Numbered from the stretch's first letter, positions 23,326 to 37,539 are shown. The stretch is DNA of 64,000 nt from Mobula hypostoma (GCF_963921235.1 NC_086107.1:116624001-116688000), one strand, 5' to 3'. Notes: generated from the sequence alone by a model not told the origin. Made by a program: numbers and translations.

Positions 23326-24930
23326 CAAACCCCATTTCCAGAAAAGTTGGGATATTTTCCAAAATGCAATAAAAACAAAAATCTGTGATATGTTAATTCA
23401 CGTGAACCTTTATTTAACTGACAAAAGTACAAGGAAAAGAATTTCAATAGTTTTACTGACCAACTTAATTGTATTTTGTAAACATACACAAATTTAGAAT
23501 TTGATGGCTGCAACACACTCAACAAAAGTTGGGACAGAGACATGTTTACCATTGTGTTTCATCACCTTTCCTTGTAATAACACTTTTTAATCGTTTTGGA
23601 ACTGAGGATACTAATTGTAGTAGATTTGCAATTGGAAATTTTGTCCGTTCTTGCTTGATATAAGACTTCAGCTGCTCAACAATCCGTGGTCTCCGTTGTC
23701 TGATTCTCCTCTTCATGATGCGCCGTACATTTTCAATAGGAGATAGATCTGGACTGGCAGCAGGCCAGTCAAGCACACGCACTCTGTGTCTACAAAGCCA
23801 CGCTGCTGTAGCCCGTGCAGAATGTGGTCTGGCATTGTCCTGCTGAAATAAGCATGGACGTCCCGGGAAGAGACGTCGCCTTGATGGCAACATATGTCTC
23901 TCTAAAATCCTAATATACGCCTCAGAGTCAATGGTACCTTCACATACATGCAACTCACCCATGCCGTGGGCACTGATGCACCCCCACACCATCACAGATG
24001 CTGGCTTTTGCACCTTTCACTGATAACCATCTGGATGGCCGTTTTCATCTTTGGCACAGAGAACTCAACGCCCGTTTTTTCCGAAAACTAGCTGAAATGT
24101 GGACTCATCTGACCACAGCACACGGTTCCACAGTCTTTCAGTCCATCTGAGATGAGCTCGGGCCCAGAGAACTCGCCGGCGTTTCTGCATAGAGTTGACG
24201 TATGGCTTCCTCCTTGTGTAATACAGTTTCAAGTTGCATTTCTGGATGCAGCGACGGACTGTGTTGAGTGACAATGGTTTTCCGAAGTACTCCCGAGCCC
24301 AGGTGGCTATAATTGTCACAGTAGCATGACGGTTTCTCAGGCAGTGCCGCCTGAGGGCTTGAAGATCACGCACATTCAACAGTGGTTTCCGACCTTGCCC
24401 TTTACGCACTGAGATGTCTCTGAATTCTCTGAATCTTTTCACAATATTATGTACTGTAGATGTTGAAAGACCTAAATTCTCTGCAATCTTGCATTGAGAG
24501 ATGTTTCTTTTGAACTGACTAACAATTCTCTCATGAATTTTGGCACAAAGGGGTGAGCCACGACCAATCCTTGCTTGCAAAGACTGAGCCTTTGATGGAC
24601 GCTACTTTTATACCCAGTCATGCTACCTCACCTGCTACCAATTAGCCTGCTTAATGTGGAGTCTTCCAAACCGGTGTTACTTGAATATTCTGTGCACTTT
24701 TCAATCTTATTTTAACTCTGTCCCAACTTTTGTTGAGTGTGTTGCAGCCATCAAATTCTAAATTTGTGTATATTTACAAAATACAATTAAAGTTGGTCAG
24801 TAAAACTATTGAAAATCTTTTCTTTGTACTTTAGTCAGTTAAATAAAGGTTCACGTGAATAAACATATCACAGATTTTTGTTTTTATTGCATTTTGGAAA
24901 ATATCCCAACTTTTCTGGAAATAGGGTTTG
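23326..24930 (-). mobile_element. Full-length Tc1-family (IR/DR type, DD34E) DNA transposon with inactivated transposase
   Basis: ~215-bp TIRs (23326-23539, 24716-24930) with inner AAAAGTTGGGA repeat and TA duplication. Transposase ~24568-23546 has WSDES, FQQDNARPH and SPDLSPIEN, two in-frame TGA stops, and ATT at the expected start. Confidence 0.96.
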
Positions 24931-25941
24931 TACTTCGTACTCTGCCTTGGAGTTTGTCTTTCCAAAGTGTACCACCTCACATTTCTCTGGGTTGAACTCC
25001 ATCTGCCACTTCTCAGCCCACTTCTGCATCCTATCAATGTCTCCCTGCAATCTTCTACAATCCTCTACACTATCTACAACACCATCAACCTTTGCATCGT
25101 CTGCAAACTTGCCAACCCACCCTTCTACCCCCACATCCAGGTCATTAATAAAAATCACGAAAAGTAGAGGTCCCAGAACAGATCCTTGTGGGACACCACT
25201 AGTTAGAATCTTCCAATCTGAATGTACTCCCTCCACCACTACCCTCTGCCTTCTGCAGGCAAGCCAATTCTGAATCCACCTGGCCAAACTTCTCTGGATC
25301 CCATGCCTTCTGACTTTCTGAATAAGCCTACCATGTGGAACCTTGTCAAATGCCTTACTAAAATCCATGTAGATCACATCCACTGCACTACTCTCATCTA
25401 TATGCCTGGTCACCTCCTCAAAGAACTCTATCAGGCTTGTTAGACATGATCTGCCCTTCACAAAGCCATGCTGACTGTCCCTGATCAGACCATGATTCTC
25501 TAAATGCCCATAGATCCTATCCTATTTCCAGAAGCTTTCTCACCACAGATGTAAGGCTCACTGGTCTATAATTACCCAGACTATCCCTACTACCTTTTTT
25601 GAACAAGGGGACAACATTCGTCTCCCCCCAATCCTCTGGTACTATTCCCGTGGACAATGAGGACATAAAGATCCTAGCCAGAGGCTCAGCAATCTCTTCT
25701 CTTGCCTCATGGAGCAGCCTGGGGAATATTCCGTCAGGCCCCGGGGACTTATCTGTCCTAATGTATTTTAACAACTTCAACACCTCCTCTCCCTTAATAT
25801 CAACATGCTCCAGAACATCAACCTCACTCATATTGTCCTCACCATCATCAAGTTCCCTCTCATTGGTGAATACCGAAGAGAAGTATTCATTGAGGACCTT
25901 GCTCACTTCCACAGCCTCCAGGCACATCTTCCCACCTTTAT

Positions 25942-27449
25942 AGAACCATAGAAACTACAGCACAGAAACAGGCCCTTTGGCCCTTCTTGGCTGTGCCGAA
26001 CCATTTTCTGCCTAGTCCCACTGACCTGCACACGGACCATATCCCTCCATACACCTCCCATCCATGTATCTGTCCAATTTATTCTTAAATGTTAAAAAAG
26101 AACCCGCATTTACCACCTCGTCTGGCAGCTCATTCCATACTCCTACCACTCTCTGTGTGAAGAAGCCCCCCCTAATGTTCCCTTTAAACTTTTCCCCCCT
26201 CACCCCTAACCCATGTCCTCTGGTTTTTTTCTCCCCTTGCCTCAGTGGAAAAAGCCTGCTTGCATTCACTCTATCTATACCCATCATAATTTTATATACC
26301 TCTATCAAATCTCCCCTCATTCTTCTACGCTCCAGGGAATAAAGTCCTAACCTATTCAACCTTTCTCTGTAACTGGGTTTCTCAAGTCCCGGCAACATCC
26401 TTGTAAACCTTCTCTGAACTCTTTCAACCTTATTTATATCCTTCCTGTAATTTGGTGACCAAAACTGAACACAATACTCCAGATTTGGCCTCACCAATAC
26501 CTTATACAACCTCATCATAATATTCCAGCTCTTATACTCAATACTTCGATTAATAAAGACCAATGTACCAAAAGCTCTCTTTACGACCCTATCTACCTGT
26601 GACGACACTTTTAGGGAATTTTGTATCTGTATTCCCAGATCCCTCTGTTCCACTGCACTCCTCAGTGCCTTACCATTAACCCTGTATGTTCTACGTTGGC
26701 TTGCCCTTCCAACGTGCAATACCTCACATTTGTCAGTATTAAACTCCATCTGCTATTTTTCAGCCCATTTTTCCAGCTGGTCCAAGTCCCTCTGCAGGCT
26801 CTGAAAACCTTCCTCAATGTCTACTACACCTCCAATCTTTGTATCATCAGCAAACTTGCTGATCCAATTTACCACATTATCATCCAGATCATTGATATAG
26901 ATGATAAATAACAATGGACCCAGCACTGATCCCTGTGGCACACCACTAGTCACAGGCCTCTACTCAGAGAAGCAATTCTCTACCACCACTCTCTGGCTTT
27001 TTCCATCGAGCCAATGTCTAATCCAATTTACCACCTCTCCATGTATACCTAGCGACTGAATTTTCCTAACTAACCTCCCATGCGGGACCTTGTCAAAGGC
27101 CTTACTGAAGTCCATGTAGACAATATCCACTGCCTTCCCTTCATCCACTTTCCTGGTAACCTCCTCGAAAAACTCCAACAGATTGGTCAAACATGACCTA
27201 CCACGCACAAAACCATGTTGACTCTCCCTAATAAGCCCCTGTCTATCCAAATGCTTGTAGATTCTGTCTCTTAGTACTCCCTCCAATAACTTACCTACTA
27301 CTGACGTTAAACTCACCGGCCTATAATTTCCCGGATTACTTTTCGATCCTTTTTTAAACAACGGAACAACATGAGCCACTCTCCAATCCTCCGGCACTTC
27401 ACCCGTAGACAGCGACATTTTAAATATTTCTGCCAGGGCCCCCGCAATT
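25942..27449 (-). mobile_element. CR1 LINE (different subfamily) nested in CR1
   Basis: ORFs 26012-26749, 26753-26953 and 26960-27418. Own tail at 25942. TTTAT at both junctions. Confidence 0.9.
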
Positions 27450-28048
27450 TATCTCTAATTGGTCCTTCCTTCACTCCTGTCATCCTTTTGTTCATCACAT
27501 AATTGAAGAATGCCTTGGGGTTTTCCTTTACCCTACTCGCCAAGGCTTTCTCGTGCCCCCTTCTTGCTCTTCTCAGCCCCTTCTTAAGCTGCTTTCTTTC
27601 TTCCCTATAATCCTCAATAGACCCATCTGATCCTTGCATCCTAAACCTCATGTATGCTGCCTTCTTCCACCTGACTAGATTTTCCACCTCACTTGTCACC
27701 CATGGTTCCTTCACCCTGCCATTCTTTATCTTCCTCACCGGGACAAATTTATCCCTTACATCCCGCAAGAGATCTCTAAACATCGACCACATATCCATAG
27801 TACATTTCCCTGCAAAAACATCATCCCAATTCACACCCGCAAGTTCTAGCCTTATAGCCTCATAATTTGCCCTTCCCCAATTAAAAATTTTCCTGTCCTC
27901 TCTGATTCTATCCTTTTCCATGATAATGCTAAAGGCCAGGGAGCGGTGGTCACTGTTCCCCAGATGCTCACCCACTGAGAGATCTGTGACCTGACCCGGT
28001 TCGTTACCTAATACTAGATCTAGTATGGCATTCCCCCTAGTCGGCCTG

Positions 28049-31000
28049 GATTGTCTACGGAATCTCTGTAGGTGGAAGTTAGGAACAGGAAGGGGTCAAT
28101 AACTCCACTGGGTGCTGTTTATAGACCACCCAATAGTAACAGGAACATCGAGGAGCAGATGGGGAGACAGATTCTGGAAAGGTGTAATGATAACAGGGTT
28201 GTCGTTGTGGGAGATTTTAATTTCCCAAATATTGATTGGCATGTCCCTAGAGCGAGGGGTTTAGATGGGGTGGAGTTTGTCAGGTGTGTTCAAGAAGGTT
28301 TCTTTCTTTCTTTTTAAATCTTTTTATTAAATAAGTATACAAAAAGGTAAGCCATATAGGCACTAATACACTGTTAGAATATAATAAAATTACAGAAGAT
28401 ATTAATACAAAAAAAATACTACAAACAATGTAATTTAAACATAACATACCAAGGTAACATAATAGTATACTAATTTTATATATATATCAATAGAGAAAAG
28501 GAAAAAAAACCCCAAAAAAAACCCACCGTGCAACTAACTAAAAGCAAAGCAAAGCAATGGGCTAACTTGAAACCAAACAGAGTTAAACTTAAAATCACGT
28601 CCTCAATTCCGACCTCCATTAAAAACAGTGAAAAAAAACAAGAAGGGTATATATTACATTAAATGAAAATATTGAATAAAAGATCTCCAGGTCTGTTCAA
28701 ATTTAAATGAGGAGTCATAAAGATTGCTTCTAATTTTCTCCAAATTCAAGCATAATATCGTCTGAGAAAACCAAAAAAAGGTAGTTGGAGCATTAAGCTC
28801 TTTCCAATGTTGTAAGATACATCTTTTCGCCATTAAAGTAAGAAATGCAATCATTCTATGGGCTGAAGGAGAAAGATTACTAGAAATTTTAGGTAGTCCA
28901 AAGATAGCAGTAATAGGGTGAGGAGAGATATCTATATTCAATACCTTTGAGATAATATTAAAAATGTCTCTCCAAAAAGTTTCCAGAGTAGGGCAAGACC
29001 AAAACATATGAGTTAAAGAGGCTATATGCCCCGGACATCTATCACAAAAAGGATTAATATGAGAATAAAAGCGCGCTAACTTATCTTTGGACATATGTGC
29101 TCTATGAACAACTTTAAATTGAATTAGGGAATGTTTAGCACAGATAGAGGAAGTATTGACTAATTGTAAAATCTGCCCCCAGTCATCCACGGAAATGATA
29201 AACCCCAATTCCTGTTCCCAATCTACCCTAATCTTATCAAATGGAGCTTTCCTAAGTTTCATAATAATATTATAAATCATAGCTGATGCACCTTTCTGAC
29301 ATGGATTAAGGTTAATTATAGTATCTAAAATGTATGTAGGAGGAAGCATTGGAAAGGAAGAGAGTATAGTACTTAGGAAATTTCTAACTTGTAGATATCT
29401 AAAAAAAATGTATTCTTGATAAGTTATATTTATTAGATAATTGTTCAAAAGACATAAGGGAACCATCTAAAAATAAATCCAAAAACCGTGAAATACCCTT
29501 AGTCTTCCAAATTTGAAAAGCACGATCCGTAAAAGAGGGAGGAAAAAATATGTTACCTAAAATAGGAATCGCTAACCCAAATTGATTAAGATCAAAAAAT
29601 TTTCTGAATTGAAACCAAATACGTAAGGTATATTTAACTATCGGGTTAGACACCTGTTTAAGGCGTTTCAAATCAAAAGGAAGAGAGGAACCTAAAATAG
29701 AGCCAAGTGTATAACCCTGAACAGATTGTAATTCCAATGCTACCCATTTAGGAATGGATAGTATATCCTGGTCAAGTAACCAGAATTTCATATGTCGAAT
29801 ATTAATTGCCCAGTAATAAAGTCTAAAGTTAGGTAATGCTAAGCCTCCATCTCTCTTAGCTTTCTGTAAATGTATTTTACCCAGTCTCGGGTTTTTATTT
29901 TGCCAAATAAATGAAGAAATTTTAGAGTCGACTTTGTCAAAAAAAGATTTTGGAACAAAGATTGGTAATGCCTGAAATATATATAAAAATTTTGGCAAAA
30001 AAACATCTTAACTGCATTAATACGACCAACCAAAGTTAAATATAAAGGAAACCATTTAGATGAAAGTTGAATAATATGGTCTATTAATGGTAAAAAGTTA
30101 ATCTTAAATAAATCTTTGTGTTTACAAGTAATTTTAATCCCAAAATATGAAAAATAATTATTAATCAATTTAAATGGAAAGTTATAATATAAGGGAAGTT
30201 GTTTATTAATCGGAAAAAGTTCACTCTTACTAAGATTTAATTTATAACCTGAAAAAAGACCAAATTGTTCTAATAGCTCTAAAACAGCCGGGATGGATTT
30301 TTGGGGATTAGAAATATATAAAAGTAAGTCATCAGCATAGAGTGATATTTTATGGGACTTTAAGCCCTGAGTTATCCCAGTAATATTTGGAGATTCTCGA
30401 ATGGCAATTGCAAGAGGTTCTAATGCAATATCAAATAATAAAGGACTAAGAGGACAACCTTGTCGAGTACCTCGAAAAAGAGGGAAAAAAGGTGAACTTA
30501 AAGAGTTAGTACGGACCGAGGCCACAGGAGAATGATATAACTGTTTAATCCAGGATATAAATTTCGAGCTAAAATTAAACATTTCAAGCACCTTAAATAA
30601 ATAAGGCCATTCTACTCTATCAAAAGCTTTCTCAGCATCTAAAGAGATAACACACTCAGGAACATTTTGTGAGGGAGTATAAACAATATTTAACAGTGTG
30701 CGAATATTATAAAAAGAGTAACGACCTTTAATAAAACCCGTTTGGTCTTCCGAAAAGAAAGTTTCTTGACACAATATGTAGATAAGCTACAAGAGGAGAG
30801 GCTGTACTTGATCAGGTATTGGGAAATGAACCTGGTCAGGTGTCAGAACTCTCAGTGGGAGAGCATTTTGGAGATAGTGATCTCAACCCAACTCCTTTAC
30901 CATAGCATTGGAGAGGGATAGGAACAGACAAGTTGGGAAAGCTTTTAATTGGAGTAAGGAGAAATATGAGGCTATAAGGCAGAAACTTGGAAGCATATAT

Positions 31001-32010
31001 TGGGAACAGATTGGGATATTGCTTTGTGGATCCAGAACTGGCTTGCCCACAGAAAGCAAAGAGTGGTTGTAAACGGGTCATATTCTGCATGGAGGTCGGT
31101 CACCAGTGGTGTGCCTCAGGGATCAGTTCTGGGACTCCAACTCTTCGTGATGATGACATAAAGGTTGGAGGTGTTGTGGATAGTGTGGAGGGCTGTCAGA
31201 GGTTACAGCGGGACATCGATAGGATGCAAAACTGGCCTGAGAAGTAGCAGATGGAGTTCAACCCAGGTAAGTGTGAGGTGGTTCATTTTGGTAGGTCAAA
31301 TATGATGGCAGAATATAGTATTAATGGTAAGACTCTTGGCAGTGTGGAGGATCAGAGGGATCTTGGGGTCTGAGTCCATAGGACACTCAAAGCTACTATG
31401 CAGGTTGACTCTGTGGTTAAGAAGGCATACGGTGCATTGGCCTTCATCAATGGTGGAATTGAGTTTAGGAGCTGAGGTGTAATGTTGCAGCTATATAGGA
31501 CCCTGGTCAGACCCCACTTGGAGTACTGTGCATGTGGAAACCATAGAAAAGGTGCAGAGGAGATTTGCAAGGATGTTACCTGGATTGGGGAGCATGCCTT
31601 AGGTTGAGTGAACTTGGCCTTTTTTCCTTGGAGTGACAGAGGGTGAGAGGTGACCTGATAGAGGTGTATAAGATGATGAGAGGCATTGATCGTGTGGATA
31701 GTCAGAGGCTTTTTCCCAGGGCTGAAGTGGCTAACACAAGAGGGCATAGTTTTAAGGTGCTTGGAAGTAGGTACAGAGGAGAAGTCAGGGGTAAGTTTTT
31801 TATGCAGAGAGTGGTGAGTGTGTGGAATGGGCTGCCGGCAACGGTGGAGACGGATATGATAGGGTCTTTTAAGGGACTCCTGGATAGGTACATGGAGCTC
31901 AGAAAAAGAGAGGGTTGTGGGTAACCCTAGGTAATTTCTAAGGTAAGGACATGTTCAGCACAGCATTGTGGCCAAAGAGCCTGTATTGTGCTGTAGGTTT
32001 TCTATGTTTC
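28049..32010 (+). mobile_element. CR1 LINE with internal deletions, interrupted by L1
   Basis: Endonuclease remnant 28072-28300 (YRPPNS, GDFNFP), continuing after 30767 to the tail at ~32005. Confidence 0.88.
28305..30754 (-). mobile_element. L1-clade LINE 3' part (RT, cysteine-rich domain, A-rich tail)
   Basis: ORFs 29839-30774 (LDAEKAFD, RQGCPLSP, YADD), 29399-29998 and 28654-29466 (CDRC...HMFWSC). TSD AAGAARGTTTCTT at 28292-28304 and 30755-30767. Confidence 0.93.
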
Positions 32011-32940
32011 TATTTTTTTTTCATGGTATCTTTCTTTTAACAATAGTCCAAATGTGACCTCACCAGCATCTTGTACACACAGTGTTGGTACCTCATATGC
32101 ATGCACATAGTGCAATTTTCTCTCACACATATGTGGAGGTATCTCTGTCACAACAGACACAATGGTCTTTCTCTCTCTCTGTCCCTCTTTCTGACACACA
32201 CACACACATATAGTACATCTACCTCCACGCAATCAAACATTTCCCTCACGTTCTAGGAGGGTCTCTCTCTCTCTCACATACACACACACACACACACACT
32301 TAACCTTACAGATATACACACACTAACATGCCATTACAATGACCTACCTGCTGTGATTTCAGGACTCCAGAAGGTGCAGGTGAACCATCCACCTCTGTGA
32401 CTACATGACTCTTCCATAGAGAGAGTTAAATGCAGCAAATTCCTGAGAGTTGACAACATGGATGATCTCACCTGGTCCCTAAATATCACTTCCCTGAGCA
32501 AGAAGACACAGCAGTGCTTCCACTTCCTAAGAAGTGGTATTGAGAAGTGAATCTGGTCAGGTATCAGGTCTCTCAGTGGGAGAGCATTTTGGAGATAGTG
32601 ATCACGATTCTGTCTCCTTTACCATAGCATTGGAGAGGGATAGGAACAGACAAGTTAGGGAAACGTTTAATTGGAGTAAGGGGAAATATGATGCTATCAG
32701 GCAGAAACTTGGAAGCAAAACTGGAAACAGATGTTCTCAGGGAAACTTACGGAAGAAATGTGGCAAATGTTCAGGGGATATTTTCGTGGGGTTCTGCATA
32801 GATATGTTCCAATGAGACAGGGAAAGGATGGTAGGGTACAGGAACTGTGGTGTACAAAGGCTGTTGTAAATCTAGTGAAGAAGAAAAGAAGAGCTTACAA
32901 AAGGTTCAAAAAACTAGGTAATGATAGAGATCTAGAAGAT

Positions 32941-33290
32941 CAGTGGTCCCCAGCCTCCGGGCCACGGACTGACACATTGCTGCGAAGAATTCAGTGGTGC
33001 AGCGGTAGTCGGAACGCACCCAGCACATCTTTAAGAAAAAAGCCGAAATAAACAAACTAATTAATTAGGTGCCGTCTGGCACATAAATGTTGGCCCAGAT
33101 CAGAGGTGATTGCCGATTGCGTCACCTCTGATCTAGGCCGACATTTACGTGCTGGGCGGCACCTAATTAATTAGCTTGTTTATTTCAGCTTTTTTCTTAA
33201 AGATGTGCTGGGTGCGTTCCGACTACCGCTGCACCGCTGAATTCTTCGCAGCAATGTGTCGGTCCACGGCCCGGAGGCTGGGGACCACTG
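32941..33290. mobile_element. 350-bp fully palindromic hAT-type MITE
   Basis: Ends CAGTGGTCCCCAGCCTCCGGGCC / GGCCCGGAGGCTGGGGACCACTG, arms ~168 bp. 8-bp TSD TAGAAGAT (32933-32940) / TAGAAGGT (33291-33298). Confidence 0.93.
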
Positions 33291-34417
33291 TAGAAGGTTA
33301 TAAGGCTAGCAGGAAGGAGTTTAAGAATGAAATGAGGAGAGCCAGAAGGGGCCATGAGAAGGCCTTGGCGGACAGGATTAAGGAAAACCCCAAGGCATTC
33401 TACAAGTATGTGAAGAGCAAGAGGATAAGATGTGAGAGAATAGGACCAATCAAGTGTGACAGTGGAAAAGTGTGTATGGAACCGGAGGAGATGGCAGAGG
33501 TACTTAATGAATACATTGCTTCCGTATTCAATACGGAAAAGGATCTTGGCAAATGTAGGGATGACTTGCAGTGGACTGAAAAGCTTGAGCATGTAGATAT
33601 AAGGAAGAGGATGTGCTGGAGCTTTTTGAAAGCATCAAGTTGGATACATCACCGGGTCTGGACGGGATGTACCCCAGGCTACTGTGGGAAGCCTCTGGTG
33701 ATAATCTTTGCATCATCAATGAGGATGGGAGAGGTTCCGGAGGATTGCGGATGTTGTTCCCTTATTCAAGAAAGGGATTAGGGATAGCCCAGAAAATTAT
33801 AGACCAGTGAGTCTTACTTCAGTGGTTGGTAAGTTGATGGAGAAGATCCTGAGAGGTAGGATTTATGAAATTTGGAGAAGTATAATATGATTAGGAATAG
33901 TCAGCATGGCTTTATCAAAGGCAGGTCGTGCCTTACAAGCCTGATTGAATTTATTGAGGATGTGACTAAACACATTGATGAAAGTAGAGCCGTAGATGTA
34001 GTGTATATGGATTTCAGCAAGGCATTTGACAAGGTACCTTATGCAAGGCTTATTGAGAAAGTAAGGAGGCATGGGATCCAAGGGGACATTGCTTTGTGGA
34101 TCCAGAACTGGTTGTGGATGGGTCATATTCTGCATGGAGGTTGGTGACCAGTGGTGTGCCTCAGGGATCTGTTCTGGGACGCCAACTCTTCATGATTTTT
34201 ATAAATGACCTGGATAAAGAAGTGGAGGGATGGGTTAGTAAATTTGCTGATGACACAAAGGTTGGGGGTGTTGTGGATAGTGTGGAGGGCTGTCAGATGT
34301 TACAGCGGGACATTGATAGGATGCAAAACTGGCCTGAGAAGTGGCAGATGGAGTTCAACCCAGATAAGTGTGAGGTGGTTCATTTTGGTAAGTCAAATAT
34401 GATGGCAGAATACAGTA

Positions 34418-35600
34418 TTTTCATTTTCATTGTTAAATCTTTTTATTAATTATTATTGAAAATCAACAACAAAAATACATTAAAATAATCAAGTCAACAT
34501 ATCAATATGTATAATAAGTTAAACTATCAACCAAGCTAAAAATATATCAATAATAATAATAATAATAAAAAAAACAAAATGTTAAAGCTGTTTTTTTTTG
34601 GAAAAAAGAAAGAAGGAAAAAAGAACCCTACTAACTAAAGCAACCCCCCCCCCACTAACAAAGTAAAACGAGGAAAAAAAGCCCATTTGGAGCACAAACC
34701 TGGAGCTATACGCTGTACAAGCTTCCATAACAGAAACATCAATCTGTCAACCAAATCCATTTACCCAAGAATCAGAAGGGGACCATCTTAATTAAATCAA
34801 ATCAAATGATAGTAGCAGGCATAAGAGCCCCACATTTTCTCAAAGTCAAATCGAGGATCAAAAGTTCAACTTCTGATTTTTTCCAAAATAAGACATAGCA
34901 TCATCCAAGAGAACCATTGTATCAAAGTGGGAGCAGAGACATCTTTCCATTTCAATAAAATAGCCCTTCTGGCCAATAATGTGACAAATGCAATTACACG
35001 TTGGTCTGATATAGAAATACCATGATAATATTGAGGAATTATACCAAACAAAACTGTCAATTTATTAGGTTGTAAATTAATTTTTAAAGCTTTAGAAATT
35101 GCAGAAAAAATAGATTTCCAAAACTGTTTCAGTACAGAACACGACCAAAACATATGTGTCAATGTAGCTGTCTCAGTTTTACATCTATTACACTGACTAT
35201 TAACATTAGGAAATATTTTAGACAGTGTCTCCTTTGTCAAACGATGTACAATTTTAAATTGAATTAGAGAGTGACTGGCGCAAATCGGAGAAGAGTTAAC
35301 AACTTCAAAATTCACAACCAATCCTCTGTTATCAAGGTCATGTTAAGCTCTCTTTCTCAATCTTGCTTAATCTTAGGTAAAGGATAATTATCCTGTTGTA
35401 ATAGTAAATTATAAATTTTCCCAATAAAACCTTTCACTAAAGGATTCATTCTTAAAATAATGTCTAACAGGTCGGAATCTTGTATATATGGAAAATTACT
35501 TAAATATTCTTGTAAGAAATGACTGACCTGAAGATATTGCAAAAAGTGTGAGTATGAGAGAGAATATTTAGTTACTAATTTCTCAAAGGTCATCAATCGG
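34418..35600 (-). mobile_element. L1-clade LINE 3' fragment
   Basis: ORFs 34866-35321 (CNRC...HMFWSC) and 35357-35596, homologous to 28654-29466. Confidence 0.88.
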
Positions 35601-36554
35601 CCTTCTTGAAACAGGGATCGGTTCTGGGACCCAAGAAGTGGCAGGATGGGTTAGTAAATTTGCTGATGACACAAAGGTTGGGGGTGTTGTGGATAGTGTG
35701 GAGGGCTGTCAGAGGTTACAGCGGGATCTTGATAGGATGCAAAACTGGGCTGAGAAATAGCAGATGGAGTTCAACCCTGATAAGTGTGAGGTGGTTCATT
35801 TTGGTAGGTCAAATATGATGGCAGAATATAGTATTAATGGTAAGACTCTTGGCAGTGTGGAGGATCAGAGGGATCTTGGGGTCCAAGTCCTTAGGACACT
35901 CAAAGCTGCTATGCAGGTTGACTCTGTGGTTAAGAAGGCATACGGTGCATTGGCCTTCATCAATCGTGGGATTGAGTTTAAGAGTCAAGAGATCATGTTG
36001 CGGGTATATAGGACCCTGGTCAGGCCCCACTTGGAGTACTGTGCTCAGTTCTGGTCGCTTCACTAGAGGAAAGACATGGAAACCATAGAAAGGGTGCAGA
36101 GGAGACTTACAAGGATGTTACCTGGATTGGGGAGCATGCCTTATGAGAATAGATTGAGTGAACTCGTCCTTTTACCCTGGGAGTGAAGGAGGTTGAGGTG
36201 TGACCTGATAGAGGTGTATAAAATAATGAGAGGCATTGATCGTGTGGATAGTCAGAGGCTTTTTCCCAGGGCTGAAATGACTAGCACAAGAGGGCATAGT
36301 TGTAAGGTGCTTGGAAGCAGGTATAGAGGAGATGTTTTTTACGCAGAGAGTGGTGAGTGTGTGGAATGGGCTGCCGGCGGCGGTGGTGGAGGTGGAAATG
36401 ATAGGGTCTTTTAAGAGACTCCTGGATGGACACATGGAGCTTAGAAAAATAGAGGGCTGTGGGTAATCCTTGGTAGTTCTAAGGTAAGGACTTATTCAGC
36501 ACAGCTTTGTGGGCTGAAGGGCTGTATTGTGCTGTAGGTTCTCTGTGTTTCTAA

Positions 36555-37145
36555 GACTGAGGCAGTGAGGTCCCCCCCACCACTATCCTTACTGCGTGTA
36601 CAGGAGCACCATTGAGAGCATCCTGACAAGTTGCATCTCCATCTAGTCTGGGATCATCAGAACATCGGACCAGAAGCCCCTACAGAGGACTGTGATAACA
36701 GCTGAGAGGATCATAGGGGTCTCCCTACCACCCATCAAGGACATTTACCAGGAGCATGTGTACACAGAGCTCTTAGTATTAATTAGGATCCCAGCCACCC
36801 ACCCAGCATCCTCTGACTTCCTACCATCAGGCAGGAGACAAAAAAACAAGAATGATCAGGATGAGAACCAGTTTCGTCTCCCAGGCTAGTAGGCTTCTGA
36901 ACTCCCTGCCGCATCATCTTAGAACTGTCACTGGTTAATCTGTTCTGTACCTGTACCTTACAATATTTAACATTATTGCACTTTAGTTTGTTATTTATGT
37001 GTGATTCATCTGTAGATTTTATTCTTACCTTCATAAGTTATTATGTGTTATGTGTGTTATGTGTACTACTGTGCCTTACACCCTGGTTCGGGGAAACGTT
37101 GTCTCATTGTATATAGTTAAATGACAATAAACGACTTGAATTGAG
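36555..37145 (+). mobile_element. Rex1/Babar-like LINE 3' fragment
   Basis: TIESILTSCI, TAERIIGVSLP and LPSGRR motifs; ends in AATAAA plus (GACTT)n-like tail. Confidence 0.7.
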
Positions 37146-37154
37146 TTGCACGTA

Positions 37155-37539
37155 TGCCCCACCTCCCCCTCGTACCCCATCCGTTATTTATTTATATACA
37201 CACATTCTTTTTCTCTCTCTCTTTTTTCTACCTCTGTCCCTCTCACTATACCCTTGCCCATCCTCTGGGTCCCCCCACCGTCTTTCTCCCCAGATCTCCT
37301 GTCCCGTGATCCTCTCATATCCCCTTTGCCAATCACCTGTCCAGCTCTTGGCTCCATCCTTCTCCTCCTGTCTTCTCCTATCATTTCGGATCTCCCCCTC
37401 CCCCTCCCACTTTCAAATCTCTTACTAGCTCTTCTTTCAGTTAGTCCTGACGAAGGGTCTCGGCCCGAAATGTCAACTGTACCTCTTCCTAGAGATGCTG
37501 CCTGGCCTGCTGCGTTCACCAGCAACTTTGATGTGTGTT
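37155..37539 (+). mobile_element. PLE 3' repeat (solo) with slightly decayed hammerhead motif at 37442-37479
   Basis: Aligns with 1815-2200 and 6935-7330. Confidence 0.88.

Larger units (their letters stand above)
22552..28048 (-). mobile_element. CR1 LINE hosting a Tc1 transposon and a second CR1
   Basis: ORF2 pieces 22850-23362, 24868-25461, 25517-25927 and 27313-27975 are collinear once the nested elements are removed. Confidence 0.9.
32535..36552 (+). mobile_element. CR1 LINE segments interrupted by a hAT MITE and an L1 fragment
   Basis: ORF2 remnants 32534-32815, 33872-34147, 34096-34449 and 35764-36066; tail at ~36545. Confidence 0.88.
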
